From positions 1,176,280-1,240,279 of the forward strand of contig NW_002060956.1 of NCBI RefSeq assembly GCF_000150275.1: 64,000 nucleotides of DNA. Reading direction: 5' to 3'. The notes beneath the pieces were generated by a model, which was not told where the DNA came from, searched no databases, and was given only the letters and a program-made list of their open reading frames with translations. The position numbers were made by a program, and so were the translations under genes. The stretch is from Trichoplax adhaerens (taxonomy: Eukaryota > Animalia > Placozoa). Shown piece after piece: positions 40,548 through 59,500 of this stretch (its first letter is position 1; every line of letters begins with the position of its first letter).

Positions 40548-43500
40548 ATGGTAAGTTCTCAAGAAAATGAAATATCTATAAAGTAACTCTCGTTGGAACA
40601 GTAGTGATAGTGTGAAATTATCTATTATTATTCAATTTTCCTTTCCAATTCAGTCTTTAAAAAGTTCTCGATTGTTATTGCATCATCCTTTAGTTATATA
40701 TGTCACGTAGCGAACGTATACACTATAACTAATTTAGAGCATCAGATGTCGTGCAGTCAAAATATAAATAATTTAGATCAATTTCTCATCATACCGATAT
40801 ATTTCGTGATATAATTTTTTGCAACCAATTAGGACAGATTTTATTTATTTTTAGATTAATCTTGACTCTTAATGCTTTTACATTTTTGTTATATCGTTAT
40901 AAATATGAACAGTATGGATTAATTAATCACATCATTCAAGCACTACTGAAGACTAAATTCGGCAATGAATTCTGGGAAAAAATTAGGTGAATAATTTGCC
41001 CCCAGCAACTGGATAATCAATTATGAATAAAATAGTGAAAATTTGGCCATTGTAGACCATATAAAAGTCGATAATTATATCTTTTAGGTTGATTTTACCT
41101 GATTGTACCATTATTTGTTAATATAGGTATTCTCATATGTGACCGATAATGTACAAGACTATCGATAGGCTAGCTTTAACCGATATTAATAGCTAAATAT
41201 CGTGGAGCATATGAAAAATAATGATATCAATTTAGATCAATTTGATCTTTATATATCATCATTCACCTGTATATTCTTGTACAAAATTAATAATCTGCAA
41301 GACAACATAAGATTTTTTTTAATAAACAGTGATATATTCAATGCATCTCTTTAGAGAATATATAAATAATTATAGATTGATAATCTACCAGACTGCAAGA
41401 TAGTTTTGACTAATAATACATTCATATGGTAAAATTAAAATAATAAGTATAGTACATCTGTTAAAAAAATTTATATATTTAGTGATTTTTTTCCCCATGC
41501 TGATTTGTAGAAATAAGATGGGTCATTTACCTGATGAATTTGAAATTCAAAAATTATATGATGATAAGGTTACTTACGACATGGTTAAAAAAACTGCTCG
41601 AGATACAGGTAATCAGTTTTTGAAAGGGAGTATCCATCCTAACTTGGCTCTACTGTACTGTATAGTTATTGCGAATTATCTTTAATTCCATATATATTCT
41701 GTTCTGTTTATCAATAACCCTTAGCTATTTCACATTTATAACCGTCCCTATCATTTATAGATCACCCATGATGCTGATAATTACACATTTTGTTTATTTA
41801 TACATATGCTTCTCTTGTATTCTTCTTGCTGCTATATACAGTATTAAGTATATCGAATTATATTGCTCGCATATTTTATTTATCATCATCCTTTATTTCT
41901 TTATATTTTGTAAATATGGCTTCTATTTATGAATTATTGCTGATTACAGTATTGGAAAATTGCATAACTTACTTCTAAATACCTATTCCTTTCTTCATAT
42001 TTCTCAGGATTACACATATCAATTTAGTGCTACTAAATCATAAATTACACGATCTACTTCATTTACATATCATTCTTTTTTCTATTCTTCGATAATTATA
42101 ATTGATACTGCAGTTGATTTAGTACTAGTAATCTCCAGTTATATGAGCTACTTATTCCATTTATCATCTTTCTCTTTGCCTTTGCATATATTTTTTTGCC
42201 GTTTGTTTAGGATTGATAATATTAAATCATGTAACATGTTCCATTAATACTTAGCACCACAACGTTTTATTTCAGATTAGCAATGTTAAATGAACTGATT
42301 TCATTACTGATCGTTAAGTCTATCAATATAATTTATCATTCATATAGGATTAACGGTAGATGAAATTTTTGAATTGATCGGCCCCTGTTGGTTGGATTGG
42401 ATCGAAACTAGCCCTTACGCTACCTTAATTCACGTTATTGGCCCTAATTTATATTGTTTATTAAATAATTTAAACACATTATATAATCACTTAGGAACGT
42501 CATTTACTCATATGATGCCACCTGAATTTAAATGTCAAGAAACACAAGATCCACAAGTTTATCGGCTTCATTATTATTCTAATCGTAAGCATTTAAAGGG
42601 TATGGCTATCGGCATTATTAGAGATATTGCACGTAGTTTATACAATTTAAAGATTGACATTACCGTCTTATACGATGGCATTGCTGAAAATCGTTTAGCT
42701 TATAAAAATCATATTATATTAGAAATCCATGAACTTGGCCCATACAATACTAGTCGGCCAATGAAAGCAACTATTAGTTCAGCTGAATTAAAATTATTAG
42801 CATCGACCGATAGTTTAGCTTGGCATCTTGGTGAAGATGAGAGTAATGGTTGTTATATTTCTGATCAAATTTTTAATAGTATCTTTCCCTTTCATATCGT
42901 ATTCGATAATGAATTGAAAATTAGAAGGATTGGTAATAGTTTAGCCAAGAAATTGCCTCAAATCCAATGTAATAGCAATTATCGTCCACGTCTCAATGAG
43001 TTATTTCAATGTTTAAAACCACCCTTAATGTTGACATTAACCAATATATTAGACAATATCAATAGCGATTTTATTATGGAAGCAATTGATCAAGAAAGTC
43101 TTGGGCATTACCAAACATTTCAATTAAAGGGGCAAATGATTCGATTGATCGATAATAATTCATATATTTTATTTATGTCATCACTTGTAGTTAAGAAATT
43201 AGTTGATTTAAAACGGCAAGGGTTTTATATTAGTGATTTTCCACTGCATGATAAAAGTCGTGATTTACTATTGCTTCAGCAATATCATCAAGTAGAGCAA
43301 GATTTAAACGTACAAGTAGAACGATTAACAGCACAATTACACCAAACGACAAGATTACTTCAAGCTGAAAAATCAAAAGTGAACCAACTGATGTCATCCA
43401 TGATGCCTGCAGCGATGCAAAAATTATATCAAGATGGACAAATAGTACGAGCACAAAATTGTCCTCAAGTTAGTTTATTAGTGGCTAGTTTGATTGGTGT

Positions 43501-46500
43501 AACAACGTTATGCCAGGAGAAAGATCCGGTTGAAATCATCGATTTTTTAAATATATTATTGGCTCAATTTGACAGCTTGCTAGATACTTCATCTATTTAT
43601 AAAGTAAGTGTCATGATTATTTACTTCTTTATATTTAGTTATCAATTTAGAGTAAAAATTTTTCATTAACTATATCGATGTTTTCGTCCAGTAACATCGT
43701 AAAGAATGAAATTAAATTTAGTAGCTATCCATGTATTTCATGTATTCGAATCTTGTAAACTTCCTTTTCACTATTGGCTATAAAAAAGTACGAATTATTG
43801 CGTTGAAAGAGAATCATTTAAGCCGTAGAATATTATTAGTCTTAATTTAACTATCAGTTGATAGTAAATAGTAGCTTAATAGCGTGCAGGAATATCAACG
43901 TAGGCATAATACAAATAAGTTTGAGTTTACTGCTAGTACTCTGTATTGCAAGTGTTTTACTATGTCACAAGTTCTTCCACTCCATCCTTAAATGTGCAGA
44001 GATGTCGATAGTAAATTTTTCTGCACAATTAGAACCCGATAAAGCAATAATGCTAATTTAGTTAAAAGTGAGGAATCTCTGCAAATTAGAGTAGCTCCTG
44101 GATCTGATTGCGTACTATATCCTTTCTAACTGCTATACTTTATGCAATTAAGCATTCAGTTTCAGAAGTTATTATTATAAAAGAAATTGCTGTTCACTAA
44201 TATACGAGGCTTTTAGATAACTTTACAAGAGCGACAGGATAATAAACAATTTAGCTCCGAAAATAATCATTAACAGATAGATCGCTAGTATCTACTTAAT
44301 TTTTCTAATGAATAATGCATTAGATACTCTTTAGTAGATCTAATCGGAGGAATAATTGCTATACACATTATCGAATACATCAATGTCAATTTAATAAGAC
44401 GATTACTTTTTAGTAGTTACTATTCTGTCATTAGATCAAAGCAATTTAGAAATTTACATGGCTTAGTGAATATTTACAATATTATTAAAATATTTGTACC
44501 CATTTATTAAATTTATAGTGTATAATTTGTTCTATTTATTATGCCTATAATTAGATTGATGCAATCACATGAATTACTAGATGAATATTTAAAACATTTC
44601 TACAGACAGCAATGTCAATTTACTAAAATCACACGAGATTATTCATATCAATTTTATTATTTAATCAGGTTGAAACAATTGGTGACATTTATATGGTCAT
44701 TAGTGGATTATCGCAGTCACGAGACGATCATGCTGAGATTGTTGCTCAGTTAGGATTGAATATGCTAGATCAAGTAGATTCCATATTGTCACTTGATGAT
44801 AATCGTTCTATTCAGGTAAGCCTTACTAAAGTGAAAGCCTAGTGAAAGTTGTATCAAATAGTAGACTACAAGATTATATTGTTGAGTAACATTAAGGCTA
44901 AAGAATGTATATAGATCATGATTTTTGATATATGACGCAGTTGTACTAGCATTTTTGCACATTACCTATAAGATATTGACGCGTCCCTAGATATAAAGTA
45001 TAAACTGATCATGTTCTACTACTAATTTAAAGAACAATTGATAGCTCAAATTTTATAACTATAGTTCCATTTTATATTGCCTATGATTAAAGCTTCGAAT
45101 AGGTATCCATTCTGGCTCGGTAATTACGGGAGTCATCAAAAATGCGGTACCTCGATATAGTGTCTTTGGTAATGCAGTTAAATTTGCTGGTCGCATCGAA
45201 AGTTATGGAGTACCTGGAACCATCCACATTAGCTCGGCAACACAACAGTAAGATGTTGATTCATGACGATTAGAGAATAAGTCAGAATGGATTTCAATTG
45301 CAAATACTGTAGTTAATTTAAAAGCTTAGTTAGAAATGGATTATATAGAGTGAATTAAGTAACAGAAACTGATATAACACAAAACAAACCATATTCTCTA
45401 AGATGTAGGAAATCAAAACAAGAGCAATTCTAATATTATAAATCTAAACAATTAGTAAAAGCTGAGTTAAATGATACGTCTTTTAATCTATAAAATGTAT
45501 CATACGCGTGTAAATAAGAGCTCATATATCGACTTGCATAGCTTTAAACAAAGTTAGAATATGAAGAGAAGATGTAACCAATGGCAGATAGAATAAATAA
45601 AAGTAGATTCCCAGATAAAATTAGCACATGCAGTTAATAACCATAATCGATAGCCGATAGCCATGGCCAAAAATAAATCAGTCTACCGATTACGACTTAA
45701 ATTTTATTGAACGCCTTATAACAAAACTTGTTCTTCTAATGGTAATTAGAGTGTAGATCACACATGTAATTTTATGATAGCAGATTTTATCACCGATTCT
45801 CTATCGTTTGAAAAACTACGTAGTAGTACAACAAGCTCTGGCAAACAAGGAAAACTTCCTACAACAGCAGATCTTAGAAAGAAAGAGCTAAGAACAACAA
45901 TAACAGAAAAGCTTAACTGTTTAAATACGTTATCTAACTTGTTTAAAAATAAAAATTGCGAAAATCATCACTTAACACTTATAAAACTTAATATGAGAAT
46001 AAAATTTTATGATTAGTATCATATTCTATGAAGCTGAAATCAACATACTTGAATTATCATAAACATTACATTTATATATACCTATTATTGTCAATAGTCC
46101 TAGATTTTGCTATTATTTTTAAGTTATGTCTAATTCACATCTATATAACAAGTTGACAACAATAGCTTATCCAACAGCTCCACTGCACGCCTCTACATAT
46201 TTTTTAATTTATCAATTATAAAGCTATATCTTTGAACAATATTTAATTACTATCGAGATTGTAAAAATGAGATTTAAAGAATTATAGTTGTAAATGATCA
46301 TGCAGTATATTATCTTTACACAATAAATTTTATTTATAGAAGCGTTATTAATTACAAGATATTTTTGACCACTAACACTAATATTTAATATCGAAACTCT
46401 GGATATATCATCATTTATTTAATCCATACATAATACAAAGTGTTTTATTTTTGCAGGTTACTCAAAGGTAACGAACAGTTTCAATTACAAGAACGAGGTG

Positions 46501-47042
46501 AAATGATAGTCATCGGTAAAGAAGTCACGAAAACCTATTTTGTCTTACGAAGAAATCAAGTTAGTATCACAGAAGACATTATTGCTGATTCCAACGACGG
46601 TCAAAGTGATAGAGACAGACCGGTAGAATGGACAATTACCTATAAAAGTTTACAAATTACAGATTCCAATTCCTCATCATTGAAAGCAGGCCACAAAAAG
46701 TATAGCAAAATACTAAATCCTCGCAATCGTTCAAATGGAATCGAAATCAATAATATCAGTACTAATTATCAAAATCGCGATAGCGGAGATAATGTTTCTA
46801 GTAATCAACAAAATTTATTAAATAATAATAATGTTGGCTCTCCATCAAGCACTACACCAATCGTTAATATCATTTCAGATGTCCCTGTTAATCAGCTTAT
46901 GAATTCTACATTAGAAGAATTTAGTAGTGATGCGGGAACGTGCACGACAACAATCGCATTTGAAGATAATTTAGATTCCAAAAATCGAAAAGTTGTTGAC
47001 ACTGTTGCTGGCTCTAAAACTGCTATTTGCAACATCGCCTAA
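40548..47042 (+). CDS. Soluble guanylyl cyclase, beta-type/atypical (H-NOX, PAS, coiled coil, cyclase, CaaX tail)
   Basis: ATG|GTAAGT at 40548-40550, then exons 40913-40986 (YGLINH...FWEKI), 41511-41608 ([10 protein letters not shown]), 42348-43603 ([47 protein letters not shown]), 44669-44815 (VETIGDIYM), 45093-45247 (RIGIHSG, PRYSVFG) and 46457-47042 (ERGEM...CNIA*). Confidence 0.95.
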
Positions 47043-48728
47043 TACGCCAATTTTATTAGTGATTTATAACCGAAATCGATGGCCAAAATATTCCGCGTTT
47101 CAAGGTTTAATTCAATGGCTAGCTCGTTTAACTTATAAATTTAATTTATGAATTTATAGCTATTTATTCCGTAGCTTTGCTGTAGTTACTTGCAGATAAT
47201 AATCATTGCAAGCTGATTTATTTTACAGCGGTATATTAATTAATAATCAATATTCTTGTGATATTAACAATCATTTAATAGCAATATAAACTGTATCTTA
47301 GTTGCTCATGTTGATGTATTGCGGTAATAATCATCCTAGCATCACTTACATAGTCTGGGTCAAATCTGCTAGGTGAATTAATGCTGCTCAATAATTGACT
47401 TTAAAATGAATTACCTGCTATTCATACGTAAATATTCCTTGTATAGCAGATAAAATTGTATTAGTTTGATAATAATCACTCTTAATATTCTTGAAAATTA
47501 TTTCCAATGTTAAATAATGATAATTTGGATGACGTACAAGTATTAACTATAATTTCTAATTACCATAGCTGAACCTCTTCCATCTATATAGCAGGTTAAA
47601 TTATCAAATTAAAATTCTATTAGCTATCGTATTCATCATTAATAGCTCTAAAAGGCTGTCTATTGGGCAATTTTTATACTAAGTTTGTAAAGGGATCGCA
47701 AATAAAATGTTGCTACGTAAAATAGCATATACACAAGTAACATAATAAGAATACTTACGTCGTATGTGTAAGCTTACAACAAGATATATTGTGTAGAAAA
47801 AGAAACTAAAACTTGAACTTACGAATTTGGGTAGAATTTCCAAATATTGTAAACGTAAAATATAAGAAATAAATGACATGTATATATATATTTATTTCTG
47901 ATATAGCAGAATGAAGAATATTCAATTAGCATTTATGAATTAATAGAAATTATCTATTGGATTCCATAAAATATTTAGAACTTGTATTTACCTCTCTGAA
48001 GCATCTACGATCACATATGATTAACTAGTAGTGAGTGATATTATTTCGAAGATCTTCACCTAGAAATCATTTAGATATCTGCATATGGGTACAAAGTAAA
48101 ACCTTATCATGCCGCCATCAAAGTTACTGTAGATGTATCAATAATGAAATTAATAAATCCGAACCATTATAGCCCTTAAAATATTAAATTTCTACGTGCA
48201 ATAATTAATAATGTAATTTGACCCGACTTAGAAACCATAAAAACGAAATAAGACTTGTATTAATTCCAGTATTTTAGCACTGCAATCAAGACACTTCATC
48301 TAAATATATTAACAGTAAAAATCCTCACCAAGAAAATTAATAGCAAACAATACCATAATTGGGGTGTGCTTTTACTCGCTTGAGTAACTAACATACTGTT
48401 ACAATAATGTAGCTATTCCATATCAAATCTCAATACGTTGATCATCTTAGTTTAGATGATCTGGTTAATCATAAAAATTGAGTTATTTGCGAATATACAA
48501 ATCACATAACTGAAAAAATTTAAACGAGAATATCAATGTACGATGACTCGCACATATATGAAATAAAGATTTATTCACTAATCATATACTTATTACATCA
48601 GCCTAGTAGAGCAATACTCATTCGACGTCGGTCTTAACGAAATATTTTGCGCTGCAGTGAAATTTTTATAATCACTCCATGATTTTAAAGATAAAGCCTT
48701 GCAAAAATATCATTGCAAGGTGGCATTT

Positions 48729-55223
<6,495 letters not shown>

Positions 55224-55589
55224 TTTTTGCTCTTTTTAATTAATTTAAAAAGTGGATGTACGTACTACTTCTTGAAAATTTTCTAGCGATACAACTAGAG
55301 TAAAAAATTGTATTTTCAACAGAAAATTTTACGCCTTTACCAATAAATAGAAAGCGATTACAATATTCTAGGCTAGAAGCTCGTGACCGCCTATCGTAAC
55401 CACTATCCTCCAACCGCGATGGACAGTGAACTGGAAACCCGGAAACACTATACAGTAGATTTAAAATTCCAATCAGTACCCGTATACGCGAATCAGAATG
55501 GAAAGTAAATGATGGTACCCTAACAACTACAGCGTGTCAGAAGACTGTAATTAATTCTTTATGCAGTATTATTGGGTGTCAAAGTGCGA

Positions 55590-56030
55590 TTGTACAGTAA
55601 GTTACTATAGTCAGTAAACTTACCCGTTAATTAATAACTAATTAATTAACCTGTTTATCAACTGCTCCAACTCTAGTGGAAAGGATTTTTCACCCGCTCT
55701 AGACGCCTACAGTATTGCACTGTACAGTCAGTACAGTACAGTACAGTACACTTCACGGCTACTGTAATGTACTGTACTGTACACTGTACCGTTAACTATT
55801 TATTCATCTCTGTGTACTGTACTTTAGAGTGCCTAGTTTTCTTCTGTCGCACTCATCAGGTGTAGAGTCTGTAGTCTGACGACGGTAAGCACTTTTTCCT
55901 TTCATTCACTACTACATTTCAGCACTGTACTGTACGTTACTGTATTGCAGCTGTGCTATGCCATGGACTACTAAAAAAACGGAATTTTGGTAGTCTACTA
56001 TGGCTGTGCTATATGTACTGTATTGCTTAG
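55590..56030. repeat. TACAG/CTGTA pentamer cluster upstream of FER
   Basis: A GTACAGTACAGTACAGTACA run at 55731-55750 is followed by inverse TGTACTGTACTGTACA at ~55768. Confidence 0.8.
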
Positions 56031-56583
56031 AGTCGTCGCTTTAGTGAAAGTTATAAGGATCTTTCTATGTCAACTACTGTCCTTTCAAAGCAAACTGTTG
56101 CATTCATACTGCTGGCGTCATCTATAAAGAATAGGATGCACCGCACTGTAGCCAATAAACCCCTCCAAAAAGTTTTAAGTAAATTTCGAAGTCACAACTT
56201 TCTTTATTAATAAGTTTTTAAGCGCTATATTTACTTATTTGCGTTAATGAAATACATGAAATGGGGTTTTTGCAATTGTCTAGTAAAGCACTCATAAATA
56301 ATAACTACAAATAATTACATTAATCTGTAATTATGAGATTTACAGTGCTATTTCTTGTTATATAATGTTCAACTAAATGAATAAAATACATAGATGTGTC
56401 TTCAATCTTTAAAAGCTAATTCAAAATCGTCAAAGCTGAAGCCTCGGTAGTTCCAGGGCAAACAGTTAAATATATATAAGTAATATATAAACTCGTACAG
56501 AAACCGTACAATATTGTCAAATAAGTGCGATTCACGTTAGGTTATATATGCATTGTAATCTCTTTAGGATTCGATAGTTTCCT

Positions 56584-59500
56584 TTATTTACGATATTTTT
56601 GTTGAAATTGCTTCATAAAGTCGACCAGTTGTTCCGTTTCTTCCACAGATACCGCATTGTACAGCGATGCTCTGATACCACCAACAGAACTGAAAGAAGA
56701 TAAATCAATACTTGTTAGTATACATATCCGTAACGCTCTGCACTGATCATCGAAAGTAATTCGGATCAAAGTTATTCTTAAGAATTACCGGTGTCCTTTG
56801 AGATGCATAAATTTACGCTCGCCGGCTTCTTTTAGGAACTTCTTTTCTAATTCGTCATCGCCATTCTCAGATCCAATCCTAAATGGAACATTCATCCTAG
56901 AGCGATCTTTCTTACAAACAGGTGCTCTATAAAAATAGTCCATATATGACATTCTTTAATTCACATGTGAGTCCTTCATGAAATCATTTATATATAAGAG
57001 TACTTACACGTAAAACCCATCCGAATTGTCAATGACATTGTAAACCTTGCTAGCCTTCAATGCACTTCTTTCACTCATGGCTTTGGCTCCACCCTTCGAT
57101 ACAATCCATTGGAATACCATGCCCATAATGTAGATACTGTAAGTTGGAGGAGTGTTATAAAGTGAATTCATTCCAGCCGTAACTTTATAATCCATAACAA
57201 TAGGGCAATAGGAACGTGCATTTCCAATCAAATCCTCACGAACTACAAATGTTTTCAATGAGTAAGATAACACTTTAGGCAATGCTGTTGATCTACAGTA
57301 CTCCAATTACAAACAATGTAGGGATTACGTTCATGTGCAATAGTTGATTATAAACTTACCGATAACAATGGTGACGCCAGCACATCCAACATTTTTTTGC
57401 GCTCCAGCATAAATCAGTCCGAACTAGAAGATTAAACTCAATTAGCTAGGAGAAAAATAACTAAGTACTGATAATAAAAACTACATTACCTTGGAAACAT
57501 CAATTTCTTTTGAGAGAATATTCGACGACATGTCACATACAAGTGGTACACCCTTGGTGTCAGGAATATCATGGTATTCGACACCTGCACATACATAATT
57601 AAATTAGAACTGAATAGTAAACATAAAAACTCCATAATGTATCTTCTATACTTTCGTTTATTCGCAGAATGAATGACGAAATCTAAATATCACAGTTTCA
57701 CATCGATCGGCTTTGTTTCAATCATGCAAATCGTTGTCACAACAGTCACTTAAAAACTATCCGATGATGCACACTGGAAACGAAGAAATCGTCAAACACG
57801 CTCTAAATAGTTCTACCTAATACATTACACGGCACATCAACGTAACAATATACAATTACGGTAAACTAATATGAAGAAAATTGCTAAATATACGTACATA
57901 TATCACAATATTAAAATCGTTTATCAGCCGCTCTCTTAGTATAGTACAATAATAAATGTAACTTTAGGTAACTCGAGATGTTACTGGTAAATTTGAATTA
58001 TAGTATAGTAGAATGCAGGCAAGAGTTGCAGGAAAAAATTGTACTTGCTGAATTGAACGGCTGATAAAAGCTCTCTAACTTAACTACTGTATTGCAGTTA
58101 TAGAAAGAGCATCTTTACCGCATAAAGTAGCTTTAGTTAATAAACATGTGCTACTGTATTTGTGAATCAGGTACATAAAGCGATATTTCGGAAAGGAGAT
58201 TAAATTATGCGTTAAAGATGCCTTTCATAAAGTATAGTACGCTTCAGCTCGCAAGCTTGTGCGTAGAACTTTATAGTACCGTACAGTAACGTATTATAAC
58301 ATACATGATAACTTTACTATAGCATACTCTAGTAACCTTTAGACGCATTTACTATTACGTTTCTGGCTGAGCTGAACGCTCCCAAAAAGACTGGGTACAT
58401 TACAAGCACCCGATTTCATCAAGCTAAAGGCGCAACAGAGGTCAATAAACGGCAACAATATGTAAGACATGACAATTAACAATAAAAAGAAACAGCTATG
58501 TATTATGTATCGCTGCCACTGTGAACTTGAGTTATTCCTCTCATAAATCATCCATTCTAAGTGCTGTTTAACCTTTTACGTAATCTAGCGTAATCTATGA
58601 CTAAGGCAAACAGGTATAAGAGCATTCAAGGCATCACAGCAACAGCGAAAAGATTTTCATGCCAAGCGACAGACACCAAAAATAGAAAATGGGTAAGGGA
58701 TCTGGTCCGGCACTTCAATGCAACCGGAAATTATCTAATCACTACCAAGCAGTTAAGTTTTAATGCGTGCGAAGACTATGGACAAGCGTATCAGAAATAA
58801 AGTGTCGGGAATACTGTACTTCTTAAAAACAAATTCATGAATGAAAGAATGCAAGCAAGCATAAGATGGTCTAGAGATAAGTGATTAAACGAGCATGCTA
58901 AATTACTGATGAATCATAGCGACGATGCGAATATACGTAAAATCGAGGGGTATCAACGAGGTTGCACGTCACGTTCGTTACAAATGCAGCGTCGGCGACG
59001 AGTTTATACGGCATAAAGAAAGCATACACCTAATTATATCGAATTGACGAGGGAAATATTTTACCGACAACGATTTTCTCTAATGATCATATCATAAATA
59101 TGTAAATGCGGCGTAGATTTGTATATGGGTGAATGTTTGAACTTCTCTTTTCTAAAGTTACAGCGATACGGCCATGATAAATTTTACTGTAAACCATCGT
59201 ACGACATAAAATTATGATAAAATAATGTAAACAGCGCTTTAACGGAACGGACAATGAATATCTACACAGACAGTGTAAAAACACCAACTATTTCATTGAT
59301 GCAATGACAATCAGGATGAATTGGTATTTAAGTTCGGAAATTTTGACTGAGATTGAGACAAAACCCAAAACATTAAAGGGAAGACTAATCAGTTTTTGGC
59401 CATTTAAGGATAGGAACTAAGTAATAGATCGTAATTTTGGACCAATATTCAATTCGAATGGCAATAACTCGACAGAGATAAAGTATTACGATCAGAGAAC

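Noticed and set aside
41669-41978. Hydrophobic ORFs in an sGC intron
   Set aside because: T-rich intron composition yields F/I/L/Y-rich pseudo-transmembrane translations.
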